The position numbers were made by a program, and so were the translations under genes. DNA of 64,000 nt. It comes from Laetmonice hystrix. Its lineage: Eukaryota. A model generated the notes under the pieces. The model did no database searches and was not told the origin of the DNA. It saw nothing but the letters and a program-made list of their open reading frames with translations. The stretch spans positions 9,238,001 through 9,302,000 of the forward strand of contig OZ249436.1 of assembly GCA_965235115.1 (NCBI GenBank), read 5' to 3'. Of this stretch, positions 53,483 through 64,000 are shown one piece after another; position 1 is the stretch's first letter; each line of letters starts with the position of its first letter.

Positions 53483-54930
53483 CACACTATAGGCCTTTCC
53501 GCTCAGATCCAATCAAAGGAATTTACACAACCACCAAAGCAATGTCAGCTTTACATATTTACAAATTAAGTCACTCGAGTAAATAAGGTACGACACGGAG
53601 AACGTACTTTCATCAATATGGCCCACTTCTCAAGCCGAAAATGTCCGTTCTATGCGACGTAATGCCATTTGCGTATGCATTTAAGAAGCATCGCTGCCAT
53701 GCTGGCGGGTTGACTGGCGCTGAACTGAATCCAAGTAGGTGGTCTTATAACAGATGCGACGGCAGACTCCGCTGGGCTTTCAGATGCTGCCTCTGCAACC
53801 GGTCCGTCCAACATTAATTTTGAAACAGGAACGGGAGCGTAGAACCAGCCACCCTTGCTTGGTCTGTCAGGCATGAAGCGAATGCTAACGTTTTATTATA
53901 TGGTTGGCGGTGGAAAATCAGTGCACATCGGCGTGCCACCCTGCCCTAGCTAGGGGCGCCGGCCGAGTATTGAACCACAGATAGCTATCTCACAAAGCAT
54001 TACTTTCCCCGAGATGGCTAGATTCCTGATTTTTCCATTCGATACAGCGTTCGCCGCAATATCAGGCGGAGCGGGCCGCCAGCCGACCCAGGACGATCGG
54101 TCTTCGGCGGCCTGTCGGGGCCCGGCGGCCGGGCCAGAATGATGGCTGCGTGGCAGACACTGGCTCTAATATGGATGTATACAGCCACGATTAATAGTCC
54201 CACTCACGGACTGGCTGTGCAAAGCCCACCGGTCACAAAACGCCTGCTTTCTTCTAGTCGTTAAAAATCCCAGAGGGGTGTGCTAAGCTCGCAATGAAGT
54301 TGGCTGCATGGAAATATAATCTCATCAGCTTGATAACCTTGATTTTCATCCTCGAAGTTACCCTGTAAGGATTTCTTCATATAGGATGTCTCAGGTAATA
54401 ACTATTGGGAGGGTTATTGTAATATTTCTGGCTCCGGCATGATGTAGTGCCCAGGTCACACTTGTGCCGTCGTTGATACATGAGATAAGGATCAATTCAT
54501 GCAGAGGATCACCAGTAACAAAACGGGCAAGGGTTCATAGGCTTCCAACCTAAAGGCGGATCAGAGTCAAAGCAGGCATAGCTCTCAAATTCACCTCTCC
54601 GTATACTACTAATGTTGATGATAATAATATTATAAGTACCGAAATATTGTGCTCATTCGTACAGGTAGTATATTATAGTCTGATGTTCACTCTCAGAAGA
54701 ACCGGGAAACCTGGTTGATTGTACAGAGGAGGTGTGCACGCCTGGGACGCTAGATGACATATAGTCAGGGGTACCAGTTTCAGTTTCAGTACTTTTCTTC
54801 GATTCCTCCTTCATCTTATCGCTTAACACTGACATCTTTGCAGTAATTGGGTCAGAATCTTCTTAGACAGAACGTTTTTATTGTTATTGCTAAGCCTACC
54901 ATTAACATGACAGCATTGATCGTAATACCA

Positions 54931-55085
54931 CAGTGGCGGATTGGGGGGGGGGGGGGGTACTGGGGTTGCAAACCCCCCCCCCCCCGTTACGAAGTAATTT
55001 TTCTTTTTTCCTGCTTGAGAGGTTCACACAAAACATATTCTGATATGGTTTCAATGGCCCCTCCCCCCAAGACGGTTGCTTGAAC
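54931..55085. mobile_element. MITE-like fragment beginning CAGTGGCGGATT with G-run and C-run
   Basis: Same architecture as 8742 and 53325-53482. Confidence 0.5.
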
Positions 55086-55183
55086 CAAATTATCTTTAGG
55101 CCTGTTTCACGTATACGTATACACTTGGCGCTATTTCCTTTACCGTCTGCTCATGAACGAGACGCGTCGCCCCTGCCATATTT

Positions 55184-55193
55184 CCGCCATCTT
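55184..55193 (-). promoter_or_regulatory. YY1 consensus motif
   Basis: CCGCCATCTT (AAGATGGCGG on the minus strand) in a CpG-rich patch; function untested. Confidence 0.3.
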
Positions 55194-55299
55194 TGTTCCC
55201 CTATATCCGGGGCGGCCGTCAAGTAGGGTCGATCAGCACATCTGTTGTGTTAAATGGACGGGAGTGCCGTATGCTCGTCCTGACATAGCAAGGGATTAA

Positions 55300-56000
55300 G
55301 GCCTAGGGTTTTATGACGTGTCTGGACGTTGCCCGTTTCGTGCCCATCATGTCATGTTCTAACCCAATATACGACCCTGAATTCCCAATCCGTAGACAAC
55401 TCGCCTTTTTCTTCAATCTGTGAATGAAATCAGTAAAGAAGTCGGGCTGGAACTACGCAGTCTTGTGATCAGGAGAGCAAAGTCGGGGGTACAAGTCTGG
55501 CTGAATGGGCCAATTACTCGTCGCCGTTCTTTCATTGGGTCATTTAGCCGCATGGTTTGACCAAGAATTTGGCGGTGAACACATAGTCCCAAGAAGAATA
55601 TAACTATTTCTATATTTCTACATGTATTCATTGAATAACAATGCATTCGTAATTTCTGGCCTTTGTACTTTGCGGCGTGGCAAACAATTTGACACGTTTG
55701 GGCTTAGTATGGTATAAACTCGAAGTGTAAAGACAGTTCATGGCCAATGGTGACTTGATTTAAAAACTAAAGTTTCGATGTGGGTTGGCCAACTTAATCG
55801 GACAGAAAATTGACAGAAAGCTTAGTGGTTGCTAATACGGCCCGGGAGAAGTGTGCTATGTGTACTGTGCGCTGCCTTGCCACTAGTATGGAAAGATTTG
55901 TTTCAGCCATTTGGAGTTCGCCCAGTCCCGGTTGGAAGAGGGCCGCACACAAGTTAATGAAGCAATCGATCAGGCGACACAGTCCAGTGTTGGTGTGATG
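55300..56000 (-). mobile_element. Possible degraded L2/CR1 RT C-terminal remnant
   Basis: Minus-strand RLSWPTHIETL...RVYTILSP, like the LSWxxHI...LYxxLIxP motif. Weak. Confidence 0.3.
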
Positions 56001-56910
56001 AACGACGCATTTTACGTGTCCTAATATATTTCCCGGCCTTCGGTGGCTTGGGCTGGTCGAGGAGAGATGGGGAGTCCGTCTCCCTGGTCCGAATCCAACC
56101 TACCAACGCCGGTTTTTATCGATCACCGGCCGGCCACGACACGATGGTCACTGCCTGACGCGCTTACAAGACAGTCACCAACACGCTCCCGGGAAAAGTC
56201 GTATAAAATGCGTTTTAGTATTTTCAATTATACAGGCTTTTACCCCAAAGTAGTCTCCAAGGAATGTGACCTTGGATTTTAAAAGGTCTCCGATAAATGG
56301 GCTCGAGATCAAAAGTATAGCCCAAGGATCATGTTCCAGGGGGTACGAAGTAGCATGATGCACTGGTGTTAGGACGTAGGCGGAGGCCCAAAGGCGAAGG
56401 GATCATTCATGCTTGTCATGCAGCAGTGCAGTTACAGTAAAATAGAATTAGTACAGTTTATAGAATTATGACAAAAAATCTACTTTTAACAAGCAGTGGC
56501 TCTTTGTGTATAGGTATACCTTTACCAAACGCTCACGGGTGTTTTTGTATTCTTTACAAGCGGGCCGAGGTTGTTACTAATCAAGGCAATGTCAAGGGTT
56601 GTTCCTCCTGGGATTAGACCACTGTCATACTCAGCAGCGACCGGAAAACACACCAGGTACTACGCAGAAAATTGGCATTGCGTTAAACTGGACATCGAAG
56701 GCTTTCCTTTTGAAAATAGAGAGCTTAAAAGCAATCTAGCTTTATCTGATTGTAACCGTAAGTGTAAGTCTATTGAGAAAAGGAAGCTTGCAGGCCCAAA
56801 GATTGCAGTTTGGGTGGAGACATGGGGGAGCTGCCCCACAGGTCTCCACTATGTACGTGACGTATGTGATATGAGGGGCAGATAGCGTGACGAACAACAG
56901 GACTACCTGT

Positions 56911-56977
56911 TTGCGATGACCTTGCTGGGTTGGGACAGCTGCGTTGCGATGACCTTGCTGGGTTGGGACGCCTGCGT
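56911..56977. repeat. 33-bp tandem duplication
   Basis: TTGCGATGACCTTGCTGGGTTGGGAC..CTGCG occurs twice. Confidence 0.9.
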
Positions 56978-57135
56978 TGAACACATTTCGTTGTCGTCAT
57001 CATCACCAACATCAGCGTCCATGTTTTCTCGGATTCTGAGGATCGACTTCTATGTGACTCGGGACGAGTCCATGTATTGCCAGGCGTCCAGCGTTAGTTT
57101 GACGTGTGAGGTAGAGAGCCTCCATCCTGCTGCTG

Positions 57136-57483
57136 GCATGCAGTGATCTAAGCATGCAGTGGCCTCGGCATGCAGTGATCTAAGCATGCAGTGACAAAGT
57201 GACCTAAACACACTGACCTATGCATGAAGTGATCTAAGCATGTAGTGGGTTAAACACGCAGTGAATTAAACATGCATCTAAGCATATAGTGGCCTAGGCA
57301 TGCAGTGATCTAAGCATACAGTGGCCTAGGCATGCAGTGATCTAAGCACGCAGTGGCCTAGGCATGCAGTGATCTAAGCATACAGTGGCCTAGGCATGCA
57401 GTGATCTAAGCATGCAGTGGCCTAGGCATGCAGTGATCTAAGCATGCAGTGGCCTAGGCACGCAGTGATTTAAGCATGCAGTG
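57136..57483. repeat. 16-bp minisatellite with alternating A/B monomers (GCATGCAGTGATCTAA / GCATGCAGTGGCCTAG), forming a 32-bp dimer
   Basis: Regular alternation from about 57280; degenerate at the 5' end. Confidence 0.94.
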
Positions 57484-57489
57484 TCCCAC

Positions 57490-58480
57490 GCCAGGCGGAC
57501 GGGCCCAAGGCGAGGTGGCTGTGGCGGCGGACTAGCAGGAAGCTCTGACGTGGAAACTCATTGTTTGGTCGGGTGATGACCTGAAATGATGTTATAAGAA
57601 CATTCACGATTGATGATCCTAAGGTGGTGTGGATTTTCTCAAACTGCTGAAAATAAGACGAAATCGAATAATGATCGACGAGTCGCATTTATACGGTCGG
57701 TCGTGTCCCCCAATTAAAGTTTGGCGAATTGGCGCATCCATGGACTGGTAGGCACTGATTACACATTACCCAGTGGGGGGTCAAGCAATAATCGTTGAAC
57801 ACCATTTACTAAATAGTATAGGAAGTCTTCGGTAATTCTTATTTGGAGGACTTCTGATGACTTCCTTTCTCCAAATTGTTGTATTATTACATTTTGAGAT
57901 GAGTCCATAATTACATGGCTGAACCGACAGTTACTCGATCCGGTCCGATCAGTCGTGCCCGGGTGCCGCTGCTATCGGTCCTCTATAACACGCTGATCCC
58001 CCATCCCCACTCCACCCTACCCTCCGCCCAGCCCCAATGTAGTATGACATTATGCCGATGGCCCATCTCCAATGAAGGCTCGTGGCTACGTGATTTTGTC
58101 TCCGATTCCTCAATGGGCCAGCTTGACGTCGTTTACGAGTCGCCAGGCCTCCCTATAGGCGACCAGGATCTTCTCATCTATAAGGTAGAATATTGGTTGC
58201 CAAGTAATAACAATTTTACTTCTCTGCATTCACTCGCTGTCTGTTTTGAACCAGTGACTGGAGATTGCTGTTATTGTCTTGGGACAAGGGTATCACGTGA
58301 AGTTTCTACGAGTGCCTCCATCAGCAGTCGGAGAAAGAGATTTCTATAATGTTATTGATGGATGGAATGAGGTCATCTTATCAATAATACTCTGGGTGTG
58401 TGGAATAGGGGCATATATCTGGAGTAACAGTTTAGTGGTCGGGAACAGGTACAAACGATAACAAGGAAGCGTCTATAGAC
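57490..58480 (+). mobile_element. Degraded L2/Crack/CR1-type LINE ORF2 3' region
   Basis: Collinear DESIITW (~57900), VLYNTLIP (~57980) and LRVPP..GERDFY...WNEV (~58310-58375), resembling the LTW, LYNTLILP and GKRSFxY...WNxLP motifs. Confidence 0.5.
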
Positions 58481-59135
58481 ATATGGCATGACAAGAATAG
58501 TCTAGGCCTATACCTGAATATCAAAAAGGTCGGTCAAAGAACGTTGGCTTCCTGCTTCTCTGAAAAGCTGACAATTCATTCAATATGAGGGACGGAGAAC
58601 TACTAGCCAAGTTGAGCGTTTAACGATCGGACATTTTGTAATGGTCAGAAAGCGTTGCCGGATTAGCGTCGTTGGCAGGCTGCAGGGCAGACCAGTGTCA
58701 CCTCTATCACCTGTACGAGCTGACCTTGGATCAATGTACAGTCTGCTTCAGGCCAACTCTTCTGTCCAACCATCTCGGCAGGGGGTCTCCCCCCTAGTCA
58801 CTCCTCCACTTGTATTTCCTACCTCTTTCAGCCCCCTCCTCCCGAGTCGAAGGGTTGAGCCGTAGTGGCCATAACGAGATATGAAGGTTTTATTGACGGC
58901 ATGAATGGGCGGCAGATCTGCAGGTCAGACTTCTCCCGGCACAAACGATGATGAGTTCTAAAGAGTCTTCAGGACTCGTAATGATTGGGCTGTACCCAAT
59001 AGAATGGAATGCCCATTTAATTTTGATGCGGTAGTAAGTTACACATGAAAATACCCAACCAGTATCGAGCGCTCGGGGTGAAGTTGGCCAAAAGGTCCGT
59101 TTGGACGGGAGCCGTAGGTAGAGTGCCATTACTCC

Positions 59136-59618
59136 TTTGACTGTCCAAGTCTAAATCATACTTACTGTTACAGTACAAGTAGAGTGTAGGCCTACATGTA
59201 TGTAAGATGATATAAAACATGAGGGAGCATAGATCCGTAACATTGCTAACGTCTATTTGACTGTCAATGTCTAAATCATACTTACTGTTACAGTACAAGT
59301 AGAGTGTAGGCCTACATGTATGTAAGATGATATAAAACATGAGGGAGCATAGATCCGTAACATTGCTAACGTCTATTTGATTGTCAATGTCTAAATCATA
59401 CTTACTGTTACAGTACAAGTAGAGTGTAGGCCTACATGTATGTAAGATGATATAAAACATGAGGGAGCATAGATCCGTAACATTGCTAACGTCTATTTGA
59501 CTGTCCAAGTCTAAATCATACTTACTGTTACAGTACAAGTAGAGTGTAGGCCTACATGTATGTAAGATGATATAAAACATGAGGGAGCATAGATCCGTAA
59601 CATTGCTAACGTCTATTT
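59136..59618. repeat. 120-bp tandem repeat, 4 near-identical copies
   Basis: Lines 59161, 59281, 59401 and 59521 are identical; variation is confined to about 4 positions. Confidence 0.98.
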
Positions 59619-62600
59619 CAATCATGCACGACCTTGTCAAAGTGAAACTTCCAACTTCCGGTTTTTGGTGCTAAAGACATGGGTTGATTTCAACTACTGT
59701 AAAACACCTCACGTAATATAAGACGACGTATAAAGGTTCTAGCTATTAATAGTTTGTCCAGTAGGTTTATACAGGGTGGGCATACAACAAACCTGTCGAA
59801 CTCTGACGTAAAATATTTCAAACTATGCTCCCCCAATTGGGTACTGGCAAGAGCTTACGTTGATAGTCCCTGTATGTCCATGTAGATGTATGTACCGATT
59901 TATGGCATGTATTATATATGTTGTATGATTTTATTAATTAAAAAATACGAACCCTAGCACCACTGCGCACGGGCATCAGCATGCATCAGCGTATTTATTA
60001 CTTTATGCACCTTTGATGCAGGTAGATGTATAATGTAGGCCCTGTGTGTATGTGGGTCTACGTGTGCGTGTCTGTAGATGATAATTCGTTTAGAGACCCT
60101 TTATCATTTCGTAGATAGCTAAGATAGTCATTACGTATGCTGCTTGCTAGCAAAGGATATTATGGGCAGATGATTTTATTGCTTCACAGCATAATGCCTG
60201 GATAAGCTATAACGAGATCATTTTTAACAGTTCCATAATTAGAGCTATAGTCTGCCTTCATTCAAATGAGTCTCTAAAATAACACTGATATATAATTACC
60301 GATTATTTTAGTCTATACATGTATATTAATATCGGTGCTCGCTCTTTCCATGAAATACTGCCCCATTCTCAGAAGTTGTGTTTTTTCTGAAGGTGACCTC
60401 TAAAAGGTTCCCAAATGTTGACGTTCGAGCTGGGACGGTGAAGGCGGAGTGTTGCCCAGGTCCCGCTCACTGCAGGCAATCGTCACGATGGTCGCCAGCC
60501 CCGCCTGCTATATATCAGGGGGGTGATGGCCAGGCCGTGATTAGGGAGAGCTAGTGTCCGCTGTTCATACCACGCCAAGCGTCCCCCCCCCCGCGACCCA
60601 CCGGCCCGCCGCCGCCATCCTCAACCACTACCCGCCACCAGATGTCAGTGCAGCGCCTCTCGACAGTTACTGTCGCAATCCGGGATGGACCATGACCTTG
60701 CGACGTCCGAGGTCATGGCCACACGTCTCAAAGCCTCCGTTTCATTCCACGAGGGCGCCTCTCGGCAATATGTTGGCCTGGCCGCAACATGTCTGCATCG
60801 CTGAGGTCGATTTTAATAAAGAGTCACTCTCAGTATCTCCTCGCGCCCGCCGAGCTGATGGATATTGTTTGGGGAGGTCGGCAGGGGGCGCTGGCAGTGT
60901 CGTCTGCCCATCTGTCCACTCGGCGCCCAAACAGATATGGCGCCGTACATCGCTGTACCCGGCGGCACCGCACTGTCTTCAGGGCAGATAGCCAGCCATT
61001 TATACTTTATTCCTTATTATGTCTTCATTAGCAGCGAGATACGAGCAGTTTCTACATTACTGACAACTAATATTGACAGACAAAGTAACATTGCATCATG
61101 TCTTAGCGAGGACGACAGTGGCGTGTAAGAGTCATTAAAAGCCCGCGGAGACTAGGCGTGCAAGGACAGAGACTATAATGAAACTAATTTCCCATATCAA
61201 GCCGCCTCTTTGTTTTATGTGAGAGAAGGTTTGAACCACAATCTTTAGAGGACTATGATAACACGCTTTGCTCTAAGTTAGTTACATCCTCTCCCAGGAC
61301 CGCCGACAGAATGAAGTCTCCACACGATAGTGAGGACTTGGGGCCGGTCATTCCTCCTGACTTATCCTATGACCGTGCAGCTGTCGATCCCGGAGATTGC
61401 TATTGAAATATGTCAGTCGAACCGAGTTTTTCCTCCCCTCCTCCCCTCTGATACGGTTCGGCTGGGGATAATGCTCCACAGTGGCCAACTCGCTGTGTGA
61501 CATAATCTCACTTTATATTCCCTCCTGCAGCTTAAACGAAACGAAACAGGCGTTTCAGGATTTAAAAACTTCGCCATGCATGGTTGCATAGTTTAGTGTT
61601 AATTTTTAAAAGATTTTGTTTGAAACATTAATGTTTAGTGTATACCTGAATAACAGTTATCGTAATCCAACAGTAGCCTTTACTGTTAACGTTGACATAT
61701 TTAACATGTAGGCCTATGTATTTCCTCCTATTGATAAAATTGCACGCGTTCCTAGATGATTATTTCTGGTAGTATTCATCCTAAACACAAGCCACTGCCC
61801 GGCCGCGTCCTCCCCAAACTAAACAAAATGGCGACCCGGCTAACGTAAACTGGATAGGATTAACATGAACTGACATCTTTCCCAGTAAATTGGGCTGTAG
61901 ACCTCAACCATCTTGAGTTGAATATTTCCCGATTCTCAAAGAGGAACATGCTCCATTCTCTATAGCTATAAAATACTTAATCGCGCCACTTTGCGGGCAA
62001 TCTTACTGCTTTCCCGAGGTCGTAGTATAAGCGTCACAGGCAACTGCATATGTATCCAGCTAACACCTGCTATCGAGGTTTCAAATCAAACGCCACACTG
62101 GCTTGGCATCATGAATTACTCCTTGCCCGTCAGGCCGGTGTTCAGCTGTGAATAGGGGCAATGCATTACGGTGACCGAGCCTTCAATTAGTAGCTGCATG
62201 TGCGTGGGCGGACATCGATTGGAAAGCTGCTTCGTCCCGGACAACGCCCGACATCATCTTGGGGGCTCACCCAGTGAGACCCGCCTTTACGTCATCGTTC
62301 ACGGCACGTCCCATTTGCTTGAGGTCGCCAAACGTAAAGTTTATGGTAATATGGCGAGGCAGTGTGAGCGAATGTCATGGATGCTGCTTCCATCACTATG
62401 GCAATGTCATATTGATAAATGAACCAAAACATTCGGCAGAAATTAAAAAGAAAACGGGGTTAGCGAGAGACAAGTGAAGGAAGTATAGCGGAAGAAGCTC
62501 CGGTCATATTGCATTATCCGAAATTATGATTTAAAAACTAAAACTTGAGCAAGGTCAAAGATTGGCGGAGATGCCATCAGTGGGAGTACCTTTACATTTA

Positions 62601-63339
62601 GTCAGGTATTTATGAAGGGTTAGGTATGGGCATGAAAAGCTTTCGAGAACATTAGAACCTGAGGTATTTGTCCTCGTACCTGCAGGGGCCGGGACTCGTC
62701 TGGTATAGGTCGGGGCGCCGTGAGAGGGTGGTCGGGCAGTGTTGCCTGTCACCCATTAGTAGCATTGCCAACCCCCAGTAGTCGGGACTCGCGAGTGACC
62801 GAACCGTAGGCTGTTTGGCCGCGTCCAACGACCAGTCCTTATCGGCCGCCGACGCTCTTTGCGCTGCCGCGGGTTGACCTTGCCAACCGTGCAAGGTCAA
62901 GTCACAAAACGAATTACCTGACGAGAAAATTTTTTATGTCTCCCGACTCCCGGCGACCCAGCAAAGCCTCCTAGAATACCTAACGGGGTACACCAGTTAT
63001 TAGAATAATGCGACATTTCAGACCGCTACACACAGCCTACACTTTATATCGCCCCCGTTTTAATGTGACTAACAGCACAATTTAAAACTTTACTTCCCAT
63101 GTGCCAAAAGGATCCTCCTATATACGTCACAGCATTTCTTGGTAGGCATATTTTATTCAAGGGCTATTGATCATTTTAACGAGTCCTGGTCATGGCCATA
63201 ATTTCGTGTGGGATGAGCTTTATAAAGTCATGATTAAATCATGTTTTTAACGTGCTATAGACCTACTACCAGTTTGGCATGGATGGTTATTCCATGATAT
63301 GTAAATCTATATGATCGTATAGCTATAGTATAAACCAAC

Positions 63340-63513
63340 CGTTTGGGTTGGTGGTTGCACTGCCCCAGGGAAGCGGTGAGCCTCAATGCTGAAGTAACAA
63401 TCAAGATTGTGACGAGCTTGGCGTGGTCTGCCCGCCCGCACCACCACCACCACTACCGCCACCACCACCGTGCACCACCACAGCGAGCGCCGGCACAGGG
63501 CGGCGTCAGCCAT
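63340..63513 (-). CDS. Candidate first coding exon of an unidentified minus-strand secreted or membrane protein (MADAALCRRSLWWCTVVVAVVVVVVRAGRPRQARHNLDCYFSIEAHRFPGAVQPPTQT)
   Basis: aacATGG Kozak context at 63513, basic n-region plus hydrophobic stretch, plausible donor ACG|gttggt at 63340 (phase 0), CpG-rich promoter-like upstream DNA. The poly-Val comes from a (GTG)n microsatellite, and no downstream exon was recognised. Confidence 0.35.
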
Positions 63514-64000
63514 GTTGTCATTGGTATGTATCGGTCGTGTAACTCGATACGGCACGTAAATCTTCCCGGCTTGCCGCTGCTCATCCCGACCAGGCCGGCA
63601 ACAGGCGCCGGTCGCTCCCGTCCCATCGCTAATCGCTCAGTAAGATCGCTTCAAGACGGATCGCCCTGTGTCATATTGACCATATATAGTCAGAAAAAGA
63701 CGGCTGAGGCAGTCGTCCGTCAAACCGCCCAAACGACGGACGAATAGACGTACACACAACCTCGGCAACATGCGTCAAACAACCTCATTAACTAGTAGCA
63801 ATAGATGTGCCGAGCCAATGAATATATAGCGTGGACACGTATTTCCTTTATTTATTTGGTTCTTGCACGGTTCTTATGATCTTAACTGACGATCCACGTG
63901 AGCAAGAAAAACCGGAAGCAGTTCAATAGGTTGCCAACCCCAGGTTAATCAACGCGGGCCAAGACGTAACTCACTTCATGCTGTTATTGGAAGGCCGCAC

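Noticed and set aside
54653-54860. S/T/E-rich minus-strand ORF as an exon of a second gene
   Set aside because: Weak acceptor, low complexity and no recognisable domain.
59136-59618. 5S rRNA tandem genes (120-bp unit)
   Set aside because: AT-rich unit with no similarity to 5S rRNA and no A/C-box internal promoter.
62765-63940. TTGCCAACCCC at 62765 and 63930 as RFX sites or MITE ends
   Set aside because: Same orientation and no matching inverted partner; cannot be distinguished from chance or fragments.

Overview
Eukaryotic (bilaterian invertebrate, probably protostome; inferred) genomic DNA, not prokaryotic. The main feature is a + strand BMP type I receptor gene of the ALK3/6 (BMPR1/thickveins) class. 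Ten coding exons between 14740 and 42684 splice in frame through GT-AG introns. They give about 490 aa: a 10-Cys ectodomain, TM helix, GS box and Ser/Thr kinase with the ALK3/6-type L45 loop [11 protein letters not shown]. The signal-peptide exon was not found. Introns and the 3' flank hold about 15 mutually unrelated minisatellite arrays (units 16-120 bp, about 11 kb or 17% of the window by hand count), several heavily degraded LINE remnants and MITE-like termini. Nearly all long ORFs in the supplied track are repeat artefacts. I found no clearly new biological system. Best leads: (1) a 240-nt, phase-0, stop-free last intron whose retention would insert 80 aa in frame into the kinase; (2) minisatellites that multiply canonical motifs (23 splice donors, about 27 AP-1/ARE sites, 10 STAT GAS sites, about 46 Fox+T-box pairs); (3) near-perfect CTCF motifs, including a divergent pair just past the gene's 3' end; (4) a candidate first exon of a second, minus-strand gene near 63.4 kb. 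All counts were made by eye and no database searches were run.
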